Of a stretch of DNA of 64,000 bases, positions 23,016-31,655 are shown in pieces (within the stretch, counting starts at the first letter, position 1; the number at the start of each line of letters is the position of its first letter). The DNA is from Dehalococcoidia bacterium (lineage in GTDB: Bacteria > Chloroflexota > Dehalococcoidia > Lucifugimonadales > UBA1127), in NCBI GenBank assembly GCA_965249315.1, contig OZ252225.1, positions 1,574,814 through 1,638,813 of the forward strand, read 5' to 3'. Under the pieces are notes generated by a model. It saw only the letters and a list, made by a program, of their open reading frames with translations. It searched no databases and was not told the origin of the DNA. Both the position numbers and the translations under genes were made by a program.

Positions 23016-24464
23016 TTAGCTCCGTTGTGGCGGGGGTGGGGGAGTCTCGGAGTAGAGCCAGGCGTCGAAGAGTTCATCGAGCTCCTTGCCCGAGACGTCT
23101 TCCGCCACCTCTATGAAGTCGGCGGTCGACGCGTTGCCTCCTCCATGGCGAGATAGGAACTCGCGGAGAATAGCGAAGAAGTCCTCGTCGCCTACTTCCT
23201 CCCTCAGGGCGTGGACCACCAGGGCGCCCCTGTCATAGACCCAGGCAAATGGGGACTCCGGAAGGGGTTTCCCCGGCGGGCCCATCTCGTCCGTCCACAT
23301 CGCATCCCAAAACCGATCGAACGCATCGCTGTCGTGCCGGTGTTCATACCACAACCATTCCGAGTACGTCGCGAACCCCTCGTTCAGCCACAGGTCTTCC
23401 CACGTCGCGGGCGTCACCAGGTTGCCGAACCAGTGGTGGGCCAGTTCGTGGGCCACGACTATCTCGCCAAACCCACCTGAGAGCATGTTCGCGCCGTACA
23501 CCGGCCTAGTCTGTGTCTCCAGCGCCAGGAACTCCGTGTCAATGACGATTGCGCCGAATGCCTCAAAGGGGTACTCGCCGAAGGTATCGTTGAAGAACTC
23601 CAGCATCTCGAACACGTCGTCCAGGCCGAATACCGCCGACGGGTCCAGCGTCACTTCGATGTAGTCGACAATCGGTAGTCCCTTCGGGCCATCCGTGGTT
23701 CTTCTGTGAAACTGCCCAATCGCCATGCCCACTAGGTAGCTTGCCACCTCGTCACGCACTTCCCACGTGTACGTGCTCTTGTCCCCGTGATCGACGACAT
23801 CGACGAGCTCGCCTATCGCAGCAACCTCGTTGGGGTCCGGGACCGTCACCACGATCGTGTAGGTAGCCTTGTCCGAGGGATGTTCGTTGACCGGATGCCA
23901 GGTCGACGAACCCCACGGTTCGCCCGCCGCGAAGATGCCCGTCTCATACTTCACCCAACCCATCCGGTAGCCGAAGCCCGGAAGGATTTCGGTCAGGGGT
24001 TGCCCCTCGAATGCCACGTCCGCAGTGAAGGATGAACCGCGCGGAATGGCTTCCTGCGGTGTTACCGTCAGCTCGTTGCCATCGCGCGTGTGCGTTGCGG
24101 GCCGATCGGACACACGCGCCTCAATGACGTGCAGCCCGCGCAGATCCAGGTTGAACGCCGAAAGCGCTTGGGTCGCCTTGGCCTCGATACTGGCCTCGCC
24201 GCGAATGAAATTCGCGTCAACGTCGACATCCAGATTGAGTGTGTAGTGTGAGACTTCGTAGCCGCCGTTGCCCAAGCCTGGATACAGCGGGTCGCCCAAG
24301 CCTGCGGACCCCGGCGAGGGCCCCTCCACCGGGCGACAACCCACAAGCAGCAGCATCGCCAGAGCGAGTGTTGCGAGTGGTGGGACTGCTGGAATAACCT
24401 GGGGGCGCTTCACCGGACCTATCTCCATGGCAATCGGCGTTGAACACTCCAAGCGAATGTCCAC
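23016..24464 (-). CDS. M1-family zinc aminopeptidase, probable lipoprotein (cassette 3 cargo)
   Basis: HELAHHWFGNLVT...WLNEGFATY (HExxH-18-E), a GAMEN-like region, and N-terminal LLLVGC. Confidence 0.85.
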   Translation of the reverse strand: MDIRLECSTPIAMEIGPVKRPQVIPAVPPLATLALAMLLLVGCRPVEGPSPGSAGLGDPLYPGLGNGGYEVSHYTLNLDVDVDANFIRGEASIEAKATQALSAFNLDLRGLHVIEARVSDRPATHTRDGNELTVTPQEAIPRGSSFTADVAFEGQPLTEILPGFGYRMGWVKYETGIFAAGEPWGSSTWHPVNEHPSDKATYTIVVTVPDPNEVAAIGELVDVVDHGDKSTYTWEVRDEVASYLVGMAIGQFHRRTTDGPKGLPIVDYIEVTLDPSAVFGLDDVFEMLEFFNDTFGEYPFEAFGAIVIDTEFLALETQTRPVYGANMLSGGFGEIVVAHELAHHWFGNLVTPATWEDLWLNEGFATYSEWLWYEHRHDSDAFDRFWDAMWTDEMGPPGKPLPESPFAWVYDRGALVVHALREEVGDEDFFAILREFLSRHGGGNASTADFIEVAEDVSGKELDELFDAWLYSETPPPPPQRS

Positions 24465-24479
24465 TCCCTCGTCAGGGGC

Positions 24480-24833
24480 CTAGCAGTCGACCAACCCCTT
24501 TGCCCTTAGCTCAGCGTATACTCTCCGGTTGTAGGCGTAGTAGTCCTCCCTGGCCTGCCTCTCTGTCGCCTCATCGGCGTCACCTGGAATCACGTACCCG
24601 TCCCTCGGAGCCTCCAGACCTTCGACCCGCCCGTCAGCATAGATCCTCACGTGTCTTGGGTTGGTCATGCGGTGCTCGGCATAGTAGTCGAGATAGTCCT
24701 CCTCGAACACATACGAGATGGACCATCCAGCTTTGTTTATTCTGCCGGGCCGCCTTAGCGTAGTGGCGTCCAGGGGCAGCTGGATGTTCCAGCTAGCGAA
24801 CGACTCGGCGAAGATTCTATGGATGTTGTCCAT
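24480..24833 (-). CDS. Hypothetical protein (cassette 3 cargo)
   Basis: Start chosen at MDNIHRIF; the maximal ORF reaches 24893. No family recognised. Confidence 0.4.
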   Translation of the reverse strand: MDNIHRIFAESFASWNIQLPLDATTLRRPGRINKAGWSISYVFEEDYLDYYAEHRMTNPRHVRIYADGRVEGLEAPRDGYVIPGDADEATERQAREDYYAYNRRVYAELRAKGLVDC

Positions 24834-24902
24834 CTGCCCCCCTGCTGGCTCGTCGCAGCGCCTCGTCGACTCCCAGCGGAGGGGCCTGCGCATGAGGGCT
24901 CC

Positions 24903-24977
24903 TCACCCCTGCGCCAGCAGCCACCCCAGGAGCGCGTCCACGAACGTGTCGCCGTAGCCGGGCGCATGGCCGCTGCC
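24903..24977 (-). repeat. Copy e of the 3' end of an absent gene B (alpha/beta-hydrolase-like C-terminus)
   Basis: Minus strand encodes GSGHAPGYGDTFVDALLGWLLAQG*. It is homologous to 26466-26539. Confidence 0.8.
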
Positions 24978-25063
24978 AGCGTACGGCCACCCTCGGCGAG
25001 TTCGTCCGCACCGTCGCCCGCTTCAACACTTACGACGCCTTCCTCGCCTACCTGGAACAGTGA
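24978..25063 (+). repeat. Copy d of the 3' end of gene A (~86 nt)
   Basis: Encodes TATLGEFVRTVARFNTYDAFLAYLEQ* and abuts copy e with no spacer. Confidence 0.9.
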
Positions 25064-25099
25064 GGGCGCAGGATCTCACCCGTTGCAGACTCCGAACGA

Positions 25100-25885
25100 C
25101 TATCCCGTCTCCGCGTGGGCCTCCACGGTCACCTCTATTTCGGGCGGTTGAAGAACGACGGCAGATTTCTTCTGCAAAACCTCAAGGTCTATGGCGCGGA
25201 TCTTCTCATCCGCCGCCTCGGCAGCATGGAGGGCATCCTGCTTCGCGTTAGCCTGAGGCACGAAATGGCTGCCAAAAATCACCATTGGGGCGACCTCGCT
25301 CGCTACAGCGACAGTCAGGATAATGCATGCAGCTGGCCGATAGGCTAGCCCAACTGTAGAGTCCTTTGGTGAATCGTGGGGACGAGGTTCGATACTCGGA
25401 CCTGGATGAATGCCGTACTTGCTTAGCAGCTGATATGCGTCCTTTCTCATTCCAGGCTTGATATTCAGCCTCGCCAGCTTGAGTCTCACCTTCGAGGCGC
25501 TGTACCGATTCTTCCTGCCGCCCTCATCCCTTCGCCACTCCTTATAGTCCTCACTGGAACGCGCGAAGAGGTTCAACAGGTTCGCGGTCTCAGCTAACTG
25601 CCTGAACACCCCGAGGGCCTGATCCATGTAACCCCTCTTGAGCAAGAGAAGAGCGGCGGAGGCATTCGCTGAAGATCGACCCAAGAGATGCTGCTCCTCA
25701 TGATCTCCTCCCCTGCAACCCCATCTACATGAGGCGATACCGTCTAGCCACCACAGCAACTCTCCTAGGGCATCAAGGACTCCTCCCATCCCCAATTCCG
25801 AGACCCACGCGTCGAACAACTCTTCGCAGAATTCTTCCCGAATGTGAATGGCTTGCAACTGATAACGCTTCTTTCCAATTTCCAT
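25100..25885 (-). CDS. Hypothetical protein, AT-richer (cassette 4 cargo)
   Basis: 261-aa ORF. The segment AALLLLKRGYMDQALGVFRQLAETANLLNLF resembles the helical cores of DUF5677/AbiV-like proteins, from memory only. Confidence 0.45.
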   Translation of the reverse strand: MEIGKKRYQLQAIHIREEFCEELFDAWVSELGMGGVLDALGELLWWLDGIASCRWGCRGGDHEEQHLLGRSSANASAALLLLKRGYMDQALGVFRQLAETANLLNLFARSSEDYKEWRRDEGGRKNRYSASKVRLKLARLNIKPGMRKDAYQLLSKYGIHPGPSIEPRPHDSPKDSTVGLAYRPAACIILTVAVASEVAPMVIFGSHFVPQANAKQDALHAAEAADEKIRAIDLEVLQKKSAVVLQPPEIEVTVEAHAETG

Positions 25886-25948
25886 ATCAATTGGCTCCAG
25901 GCTAGATATGCTCCTACAGTTGGTACCCTATGGCGAGCGTCCCCCTGG

Positions 25949-26374
25949 CTACCACACGGCCTTGAGTGCCTGCCCGACCTTGAGCCCGACCACCACCGCG
26001 GTCAGCCCAACCGCCACCTGAAGCACCACGTTCGCCGAGCCGGCGAGGTAGGCCTGGTCTCTGAACAACCTGATCGTATCCATGCCGAACGCCGAGAACG
26101 TCGTAAACCCCCCGAGCACGCCTACGAGCAGGAATGCCTGGACCTCGGGGCTCAGCGGCTTATGCGTCTCCGCGAACCCCACAACCAGGCCGATGAGGAA
26201 ACAGCCCGCCGCGTTCACAGCCAGGGTCCCGTAGGGAAACCCCGAGCCGCTCAGCCCCCCATTCAGCCACACCACCACCAGGTAGCGCGCCATCGCCCCG
26301 ACCACACCCCCAGCCCCGACCCAAAGAATCAGCAAGCCTCGTCTATCCCCCCTTCCACAGTGCGCCGCCTCCAA
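25949..26374 (-). CDS. crcB: Fluoride ion channel CrcB/FluC (cassette 4 cargo)
   Basis: GGFTTFSAF motif and four TM helices. The protein is slightly long at the N-terminus, so the true start may be internal. Confidence 0.85.
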   Translation of the reverse strand: MEAAHCGRGDRRGLLILWVGAGGVVGAMARYLVVVWLNGGLSGSGFPYGTLAVNAAGCFLIGLVVGFAETHKPLSPEVQAFLLVGVLGGFTTFSAFGMDTIRLFRDQAYLAGSANVVLQVAVGLTAVVVGLKVGQALKAVW

Positions 26375-26465
26375 CCCAACTCATCGAAGCGCCCGTGGGA
26401 TATCGTCTCCCCAAACTTCGCCATGCACTCACGCTCTGGTCGCAATCATATCACCCGCCCCCCGC

Positions 26466-26539
26466 CACCCCTGCGCCAGCGGCCACCCCAGCAGCGCATC
26501 CACGAACGTATCGTCGTAACCGGGTGCGTGGCCGCTGCC
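26466..26539 (-). repeat. Copy f of the 3' end of absent gene B
   Basis: Minus strand encodes (VVWTGD)GSGHAPGYDDTFVDALLGWPLAQG, and the original stop is lost. Confidence 0.8.
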
Positions 26540-26610
26540 GTCGCCCGTCCAGACTACGCTCGTGCCGGAAGCCGGAGGCCTTCCACAACAACCCCCCTCG
26601 ACCGGCAGGG

Positions 26611-27060
26611 CTAGCGGACTGGGTCAGGTGGCGTCAGATTGTCCGCTTCGGTGACTAGCTCGGTCAGCACGACCAAGTCGAGGTCTTCAAGGCGTCGGAA
26701 CCCGATGCTTGCTGCGCCGAGCTTCACCTTTCCGAGGCGATCGGCGTAGCTGTGGGCGAGGTAGGCATTGTTGACCGCAGCGTTGACGTAGATGCTGTAG
26801 TTCCTCTTCTGCCGAGCGAGGCCGACGAGGAACCACTCGACGGTATCTCCCGTTGAGTTCCTCTGGTCGATGTGGCCGTACCCAATGATGGACTGTTGTG
26901 TGCCGCCCCAGAACACGCCCTCCCAGAGCACCCGTTGGCGGCTAGGCAGCGCACCGTGGATCGCTCTGTCAACCGATGTCAGGGTGTCGCGATGCTCGTC
27001 GGGAAGCGAAGCTAGGTAGGCGTCCGGGGCGGTGTCGACGATTCGCATCGACTGGCTCAT
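26611..27060 (-). CDS. DUF1801 (YdhG-like) domain protein
   Basis: Pattern LPDEHRDTLTSVDRAIHGALP...WGGTQQSIIGYG...YSIYVN is typical of DUF1801. Confidence 0.6.
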   Translation of the reverse strand: MSQSMRIVDTAPDAYLASLPDEHRDTLTSVDRAIHGALPSRQRVLWEGVFWGGTQQSIIGYGHIDQRNSTGDTVEWFLVGLARQKRNYSIYVNAAVNNAYLAHSYADRLGKVKLGAASIGFRRLEDLDLVVLTELVTEADNLTPPDPVR

Positions 27061-27318
27061 GTCCCTGCCTCCGCGTTGTCAGTGCGGTGCTTCTCAGTAG
27101 GGGTGATTGTAGCGCAGGATGCCACCAGATAAGAGCTTGGGCTATCCTGACGGGCATGGCGAGTGTGGAGCCTCGGCCTCTCAAGCCGTCTACTTCGCAG
27201 CCCACGCTTCCCATGGTGGACCCTTCGGCCGCCCGCCCGCAATCGCCACTCACCCGTCACGCTGCAGGCGACGCCCCCTCCCCTCCCCCCTCCTCTCGGC
27301 CATGGCCTTCGTTCTAGC

Positions 27319-27348
27319 TTGGCCCGTTTCGTCTCAGTCCGTTACAAT
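27319..27348 (+). promoter_or_regulatory. Candidate promoter for the DUF4258/DUF2283 pair
   Basis: TTGGCC (27319-27324), an 18-nt spacer, then TACAAT (27343-27348). Confidence 0.35.
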
Positions 27349-27432
27349 GGTTTCCCGAAATGAACGTGGACTCTCACTGCCACTGTCCCTGGGCCATACT
27401 CTCGATGCGATCAAGGATACTCGACAGACGTC

Positions 27433-27693
27433 ATGGGATCGTTGATTCTCGAGTACACTAGGCACGCCGTCCACGTCATGGAGGTACGCGTGATCTCCAA
27501 AGAGTGGGTTGAACTGGCGGTGACCGAACCGGCTCTCCGCACTCCGGACCCTAGTGATCCAGAGGTGGAGCGGTTCTTCCGCCGCATCCCGGAACGCGGA
27601 GGCCGCGTGCTGCGTGTCGCCGTCAACACTCGTGTTACACCTTGGCGCGTGGTGAGCGTATTCTTTGATAGAAGTATGAGAGGAGAGCCGTGA
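27433..27693 (+). CDS. DUF4258-family putative toxin
   Basis: YTRHAVHVMEVRVISKEWVE...VVSVFF is the DUF4258 pattern. It overlaps the next gene (GTGA). Confidence 0.65.
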   Translation: MGSLILEYTRHAVHVMEVRVISKEWVELAVTEPALRTPDPSDPEVERFFRRIPERGGRVLRVAVNTRVTPWRVVSVFFDRSMRGEP

Positions 27694-27890
27694 AGCTGAA
27701 CGTCGACAAGGAAGCTGATGCCCTCTACCTGCGCCTCGACGACTCCCCTATAGTCGAGTCCGAGGAGGTCTCGCCGGGCGTGGTGCTTGACTACAACGAG
27801 TCGAACGAGGTGGTGGGAGTGGAGATGCTGCACCTGTCAAAGCGCTCTTCTACCCTCAATCTCTCTGTGCTGCAGTTTGAGACGGCATGA
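27690..27890 (+). CDS. DUF2283-family putative antitoxin
   Basis: DKEADALYLRL...ESEEVSPGVVLDYNESNEVVGVEMLHLSKR is the canonical DUF2283 pattern. Confidence 0.7.
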   Translation: MKLNVDKEADALYLRLDDSPIVESEEVSPGVVLDYNESNEVVGVEMLHLSKRSSTLNLSVLQFETA

Positions 27891-27956
27891 CCGCCGCGGG
27901 GACGGCCGCCCGAGCGTAGCCCCGCCATACTGACCGCGGTCCCCACTCGACACGGC

Positions 27957-29006
27957 TCACGCCCCTTCCCCTCCCCCCTCCTCCCCGATGCGCGCCGCCT
28001 CCAGCGCCGGGTCCTCCACCCCCAGCGCGGTCATGGCCCGGTGGCGGCTGTGCAGCCCGCCCTGCACCAGCAGCAGCTCCTCCCGGACCAGGCGTCCCCG
28101 GTCCTGCGGCAGGATCGGGCCCCAGGCGACGTTCAGCCGCACGGGGCGGTACCGCTCCCCCGTGTACTTCTCCAGCAGGCGAAGGGCCATGTCGGCGCGG
28201 CGCTTGTAGGTCGTGCTGCGGATCAGCCGCTTGCGACGCACCCGCTGGAGGAGGGGGTGCAACTCCATCTCCAGCGCCACGCCCGAGAGGTTCCGCGCAT
28301 TGTCGCCAAAGGCCGTCCGCGGCGCTTCCGACAGGTCGTGCAGCGCCCGGTAGAGCAGGTCGATGAACTCCGTGTGCAGCCGCACGCCGCCCCCGTGGAG
28401 CAGGTCCAGCAGGTAGGCCCGCGCCCGCTCCGGCAGCTCCCAGACGGCCCCCGGCTGTACCGCGATGTCCCGCGCCTCCTCCACCCCCTCCAGCACGGCG
28501 ATGGGGTTGCCGGACAGCTCCAGGATCGTCGAGAGCTGCGAGAAGGCCCGGTTCAGCTCCCGCTGCGGCTCCACGAGCGGAGGAATGTCGGAGAGCCCCC
28601 AGAACTTCTTCGGCTCCCGAAGGTTCGGGAAGAGGACGAAGGGTATCGCCCCGTAGGGGTTCGCCCGCTCCTCCAGCAGCAGGTCGTCCAGCCACAGGCT
28701 GAAGGTCTGCTCCGTCCACACCTCCACCACGACGACCTCCGCCCCCTGGGGCGTCACGCCGTAGAGCGCTTCCGCCTCCTCCGACGTCAGTCGGTAGCGG
28801 CTGGCCACCCGCCACGTCCGAGAGAAGTCGTCGCCCACCCACCACGCGAACATCCCCTGCACGTCCGGCGCCGTGATGCGCACCGTCTCCGACTCCGGGT
28901 CCCAGGTGACCTTGTAGCAGCCGTCTCCGAGGATGGAGGCGTCCACCTCCGTCTCGTAGTCCATCTGCGCCAGCTGCTGGGGCACGGTGAGCCGTGTCGT
29001 GACCAT
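27957..29006 (-). CDS. Phage portal protein (short form)
   Basis: SPP1-Gp6-like portal core (FPNLREPKKFWGLSDI...LSGNPIAVLEGV...GVALEMELHPLL). It has its own AAGGGAGG RBS 6 nt before the ATG. Confidence 0.7.
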   Translation of the reverse strand: MVTTRLTVPQQLAQMDYETEVDASILGDGCYKVTWDPESETVRITAPDVQGMFAWWVGDDFSRTWRVASRYRLTSEEAEALYGVTPQGAEVVVVEVWTEQTFSLWLDDLLLEERANPYGAIPFVLFPNLREPKKFWGLSDIPPLVEPQRELNRAFSQLSTILELSGNPIAVLEGVEEARDIAVQPGAVWELPERARAYLLDLLHGGGVRLHTEFIDLLYRALHDLSEAPRTAFGDNARNLSGVALEMELHPLLQRVRRKRLIRSTTYKRRADMALRLLEKYTGERYRPVRLNVAWGPILPQDRGRLVREELLLVQGGLHSRHRAMTALGVEDPALEAARIGEEGGGEGA

Positions 29007-29035
29007 TGCATTCCTCCCTTGTTCCTAGTAGCCGC

Positions 29036-29067
29036 CCGCTCACCCTGAGCCTGTCGAAGGGTCGTCG
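29036..29067 (+). repeat. 32-bp perfect direct repeat, copy 1 (CCGCTCACCCTGAGCCTGTCGAAGGGTCGTCG)
   Basis: Identical to 31656-31687. Confidence 0.9.
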
Positions 29068-29081
29068 CCCCTCCCCCCAGC

Positions 29082-29429
29082 TTACGCGGCTGACCGCCCG
29101 CCGTTGGCCCGCTGCAGGGCCCGGAAGACCGTTCGCTTGCTCACCCCGAACCGGTCCGCCAGCTGCGTGACCGACAGCCCCTCTCGACTGCGAAGCCGGC
29201 AGATCGAGCGGTCACGCTGCGCCCGACGCTCGCGGTGGTACCACCCCGGCTCGTCGTGCTTGCACTGCGGCAGCGGGCATCGAAGGCAGGACGGCGCGAC
29301 GTTGCAGCCGTCGTCCCTGTAGGTGTAGTGCTCCGGGAGGGTGTCCAGGAGCAGCGGCCGCGGCCTGCGCCGGGGTGCGCCCAGTCCTCCGTGTCGAGCG
29401 TGCTCCGTTGCCACCGATATGAGTTCCAT
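29082..29429 (-). CDS. Small Cys-rich protein with a C-terminal helix-turn-helix
   Basis: C-terminal GLSVTQLADRFGVSKRTVFRAL is a resolvase/sigma-like HTH, and a CxxC cluster lies upstream. Confidence 0.55.
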   Translation of the reverse strand: MELISVATEHARHGGLGAPRRRPRPLLLDTLPEHYTYRDDGCNVAPSCLRCPLPQCKHDEPGWYHRERRAQRDRSICRLRSREGLSVTQLADRFGVSKRTVFRALQRANGGRSAA

Positions 29430-29489
29430 CTTCCCCCCTTGGACCGAGACCTTTTGCGAAAGGGCCTTCGCGCACAGAGAGCGCTTGCC

Positions 29490-30896
29490 CTAGGCCCGCA
29501 CGAGCAACGGATCGGTGCTCGCCTCCGCCCGGCCCCGGGCGATACGGGGCTGGCGCTCTCCCGCCTTCACCAGGAGTGCGGCGCTCACGAGGAAGTCGTC
29601 GTGTCCCTGGGAAGGCGAAACGAAGAAGTCCACCGTCTGATTGGGCCGGTAGCGCGCCTGGGCCATCTCCGCCTCCCGCCAGAACTCCTGGCACTCCGGC
29701 GAGCCGTCCGACGCGTACATCTGCAGTCGCCCCGTGTTGACCGCCGCCAGCAGCTCGAACGCCAGGCGCGACTTGCTGGCCTGGGTGAAGACGAAGGGCT
29801 CCACAGCACCCCCCAGGGCCTTGGTGAGGAGGCTCGCCACGCCGGCCCCCACGCCCGTCGCGTCCACCACGACGCGGCGGCAGCGCCACACCCGACGCAG
29901 CAGGTCCGCCAGTCGGGGCGCCAGCGCGTGGTGCGGCTCGCCCCGCCACCAGTACTGCTCCACGATTCGCAGGCGCGGTTCCGGCGCCAGGCCGGTGCTG
30001 TTGACGAAGTCCACCGCGCCGATGGTGAGCACCGTCGCGTCGCGCCTCTCCGCGCGCCCGTCGCCCTCGGGCCGGTCGCCCCACGGTTCGCCGGCCAGGT
30101 CCAGGCCTGCCACGTACGTCCGACCGGCCACGGGCGCCGGCAGACGGGCGTGGTCCCCCTGGAGCTGGGCGCGCTGGCCGGCGGTGAACAGGCCGTCGCC
30201 TCCCGCCACGGGCAGCAGCCGGTACTGCGTGCGGAACAGCGGGTGCTCCTCCCCCAGCCGCGCCCGCTCCGACTCCACGTACAGGCGGTACAGCGGGTTG
30301 TGCGCGGCCACCGTCTCCCAGTCGAAGCGGAAGTGCCGCCGCACCCCGTCTCGCGCCTCGAGCTCCCGGCCCTCCTCCGCCATCGCCTCCAGCAGCGTGT
30401 GACGGTCCCACGGCGTGCCGTACAGGACGGTCGTCGCGTTCGTCGACGCCCCCATGGGCCGGAACGCCTTGGCGAACCGGTCCGACTCCACGTCCTGCGC
30501 CTCGTCCACCTCCAGGAGGACGCTCGCCGTCGCCCCCACCACGTTCGCCGAGGGCTCCGCGCTGAGAAACAGCTGCTGGGCCCGCCCCAGCCGGATGCCG
30601 TTCGCCTGCTCCGGCGACCACACTCCGCCGTAGCCCGCGTCGTCCAATCGCTGCTTGAGGCGCTGCATGCTGATCACCGCCTGCGGGAGGAACGTCGGCG
30701 CGGCCTTCACCAGGCTTCCGCCGGAGGCCATGTGCAGCGTCAGCAGCAGCAGCTCCAGCTGCGCCGACAGCTCCTTCTTGCCTCCCTGCCGGGCCATCTC
30801 CACAGTGAACACGCGGCCGCGACGCCGGAGCACGCTCTCCATCACGGCGCGCCCCACCTCGGTCTGGTACGGTCGCAGGTGTTGAGTGATGGGCAT
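29490..30896 (-). CDS. Phage terminase large subunit
   Basis: Walker A-like ARQGGKKE, Walker B LLEVDEAQD, and a C-terminal RNase-H-like nuclease (VVVDATGVGAGV). ATG 30896 follows GGAGGAGG. Confidence 0.8.
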   Translation of the reverse strand: MPITQHLRPYQTEVGRAVMESVLRRRGRVFTVEMARQGGKKELSAQLELLLLTLHMASGGSLVKAAPTFLPQAVISMQRLKQRLDDAGYGGVWSPEQANGIRLGRAQQLFLSAEPSANVVGATASVLLEVDEAQDVESDRFAKAFRPMGASTNATTVLYGTPWDRHTLLEAMAEEGRELEARDGVRRHFRFDWETVAAHNPLYRLYVESERARLGEEHPLFRTQYRLLPVAGGDGLFTAGQRAQLQGDHARLPAPVAGRTYVAGLDLAGEPWGDRPEGDGRAERRDATVLTIGAVDFVNSTGLAPEPRLRIVEQYWWRGEPHHALAPRLADLLRRVWRCRRVVVDATGVGAGVASLLTKALGGAVEPFVFTQASKSRLAFELLAAVNTGRLQMYASDGSPECQEFWREAEMAQARYRPNQTVDFFVSPSQGHDDFLVSAALLVKAGERQPRIARGRAEASTDPLLVRA

Positions 30897-30919
30897 GGGA
30901 CACCTCCTCCTTCTGTTGT

Positions 30920-31159
30920 TCAGAGCACCAGGCGCAAGACCACCTGGACGAGCGCCGCGCCGACGACGAGGAAGATGAGGCCGTTCACTCGCTCCTTCAG
31001 TTCCCCCACCGCCGACTCCAGCGAGCACATGCGCTGGTCCAGCAGCGCCTCGAACGTGCTCCCCGGCCCCAGGTCGACCTCCCCTGGCAGCGCGGCCGTT
31101 AGGGGTTCCGCGCTCTTCCGAAACCGCCGCAGCGTCTGGTGAAGCCGCTCAGACGCCAT
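30920..31159 (-). CDS. Small phage-module protein with a C-terminal TM helix
   Basis: 79-aa ORF ending LIFLVVGAALVQVVLRLVL, translationally coupled to its neighbours. Confidence 0.4.
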   Translation of the reverse strand: MASERLHQTLRRFRKSAEPLTAALPGEVDLGPGSTFEALLDQRMCSLESAVGELKERVNGLIFLVVGAALVQVVLRLVL

Positions 31160-31499
31160 CGTCTCGCCCCTCCGCCCCGTAATCCCCCACGCCCATGCCC
31201 CGGCCCACGCCCTCCAGGACTCCGGCGATGTTCTCCATCAGGTCCTGCTGCGACTTGGGCGAAAGGCGATAGCGGACCGCCACCGCACGGGTCAGGAGTG
31301 CCACGCCCTGCATCAGCATCTCCAGCTTCTCCGGGTTCTTCTCGGCGTAGCCCAGCAGCCGCACCCGAAGCAGCGCGATCTCGTCGTCGATGCCCTTCAC
31401 GCCCTGCGCCCGGGGCAGGCGCAGCCGCTCCGCCTCGGTCAGCGCCTCCTCGTAGAAGCCTGCCGCCTTCGGCGCCGCCGTCTCACCGGGGGACGTCAT
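31149..31499 (-). CDS. Hypothetical phage-module protein (possible small terminase; speculative)
   Basis: 116-aa helical ORF positioned upstream of the large terminase. Confidence 0.4.
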   Translation of the reverse strand: MTSPGETAAPKAAGFYEEALTEAERLRLPRAQGVKGIDDEIALLRVRLLGYAEKNPEKLEMLMQGVALLTRAVAVRYRLSPKSQQDLMENIAGVLEGVGRGMGVGDYGAEGRDDGV

Positions 31500-31635
31500 T
31501 GCCGCCCTCCTCCAGCATCGCCAGGAGCTCCGCCAGCGTCTCCGGCGGGACCCGATCGGCCAGCTCCGCCGCGGCCACCAGCAGGCAGTACGCCGCCAGC
31601 TCCCACTCCCGCCGCTCGATCGCCGAACTCAACAT
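31483..31635 (-). CDS. Small hypothetical ORF (50 aa) at the head of the packaging module
   Basis: MLSSAIERREWELAAYCLLVAAAELADRVPPETLAELLAMLEEGGNDVPR. It is below the ORF-track cut-off and overlaps the next start. Confidence 0.3.
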   Translation of the reverse strand: MLSSAIERREWELAAYCLLVAAAELADRVPPETLAELLAMLEEGGNDVPR

Positions 31636-31655
31636 GCTCACCTCACACCTTGATT

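Larger units (their letters stand above)
27957..31635 (-). mobile_element. Prophage remnant containing only a DNA-packaging module
   Basis: Three small ORFs, terminase large subunit, an HTH protein and the portal. No capsid, protease, tail, lysis or integrase genes lie adjacent. Confidence 0.7.

Noticed and set aside
26375-26465. Possible fluoride (crcB-motif) riboswitch in the leader of crcB.
   Set aside because: The leader (GGCGAAGUUUGGGGAGACGAUAUCCCACGGGCGCUUCGAUGAG...) has hairpins. It lacks the conserved GGCGAUGG...AACCGCC...CUGAUGAUGCCUAC blocks and the pseudoknot arrangement. cmsearch with RF01734 would settle it.
27268-27300. A ~30-nt match to the portal gene's 3' end (27957-27990, GGAGGGGGGAGGGGA.GGGGCGT), which might be another gene-end scar.
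   Set aside because: It is a pure purine/pyrimidine low-complexity tract of a kind found repeatedly in this window (for example 38.70 and 43.88 kb). The similarity is not distinguishable from compositional bias.
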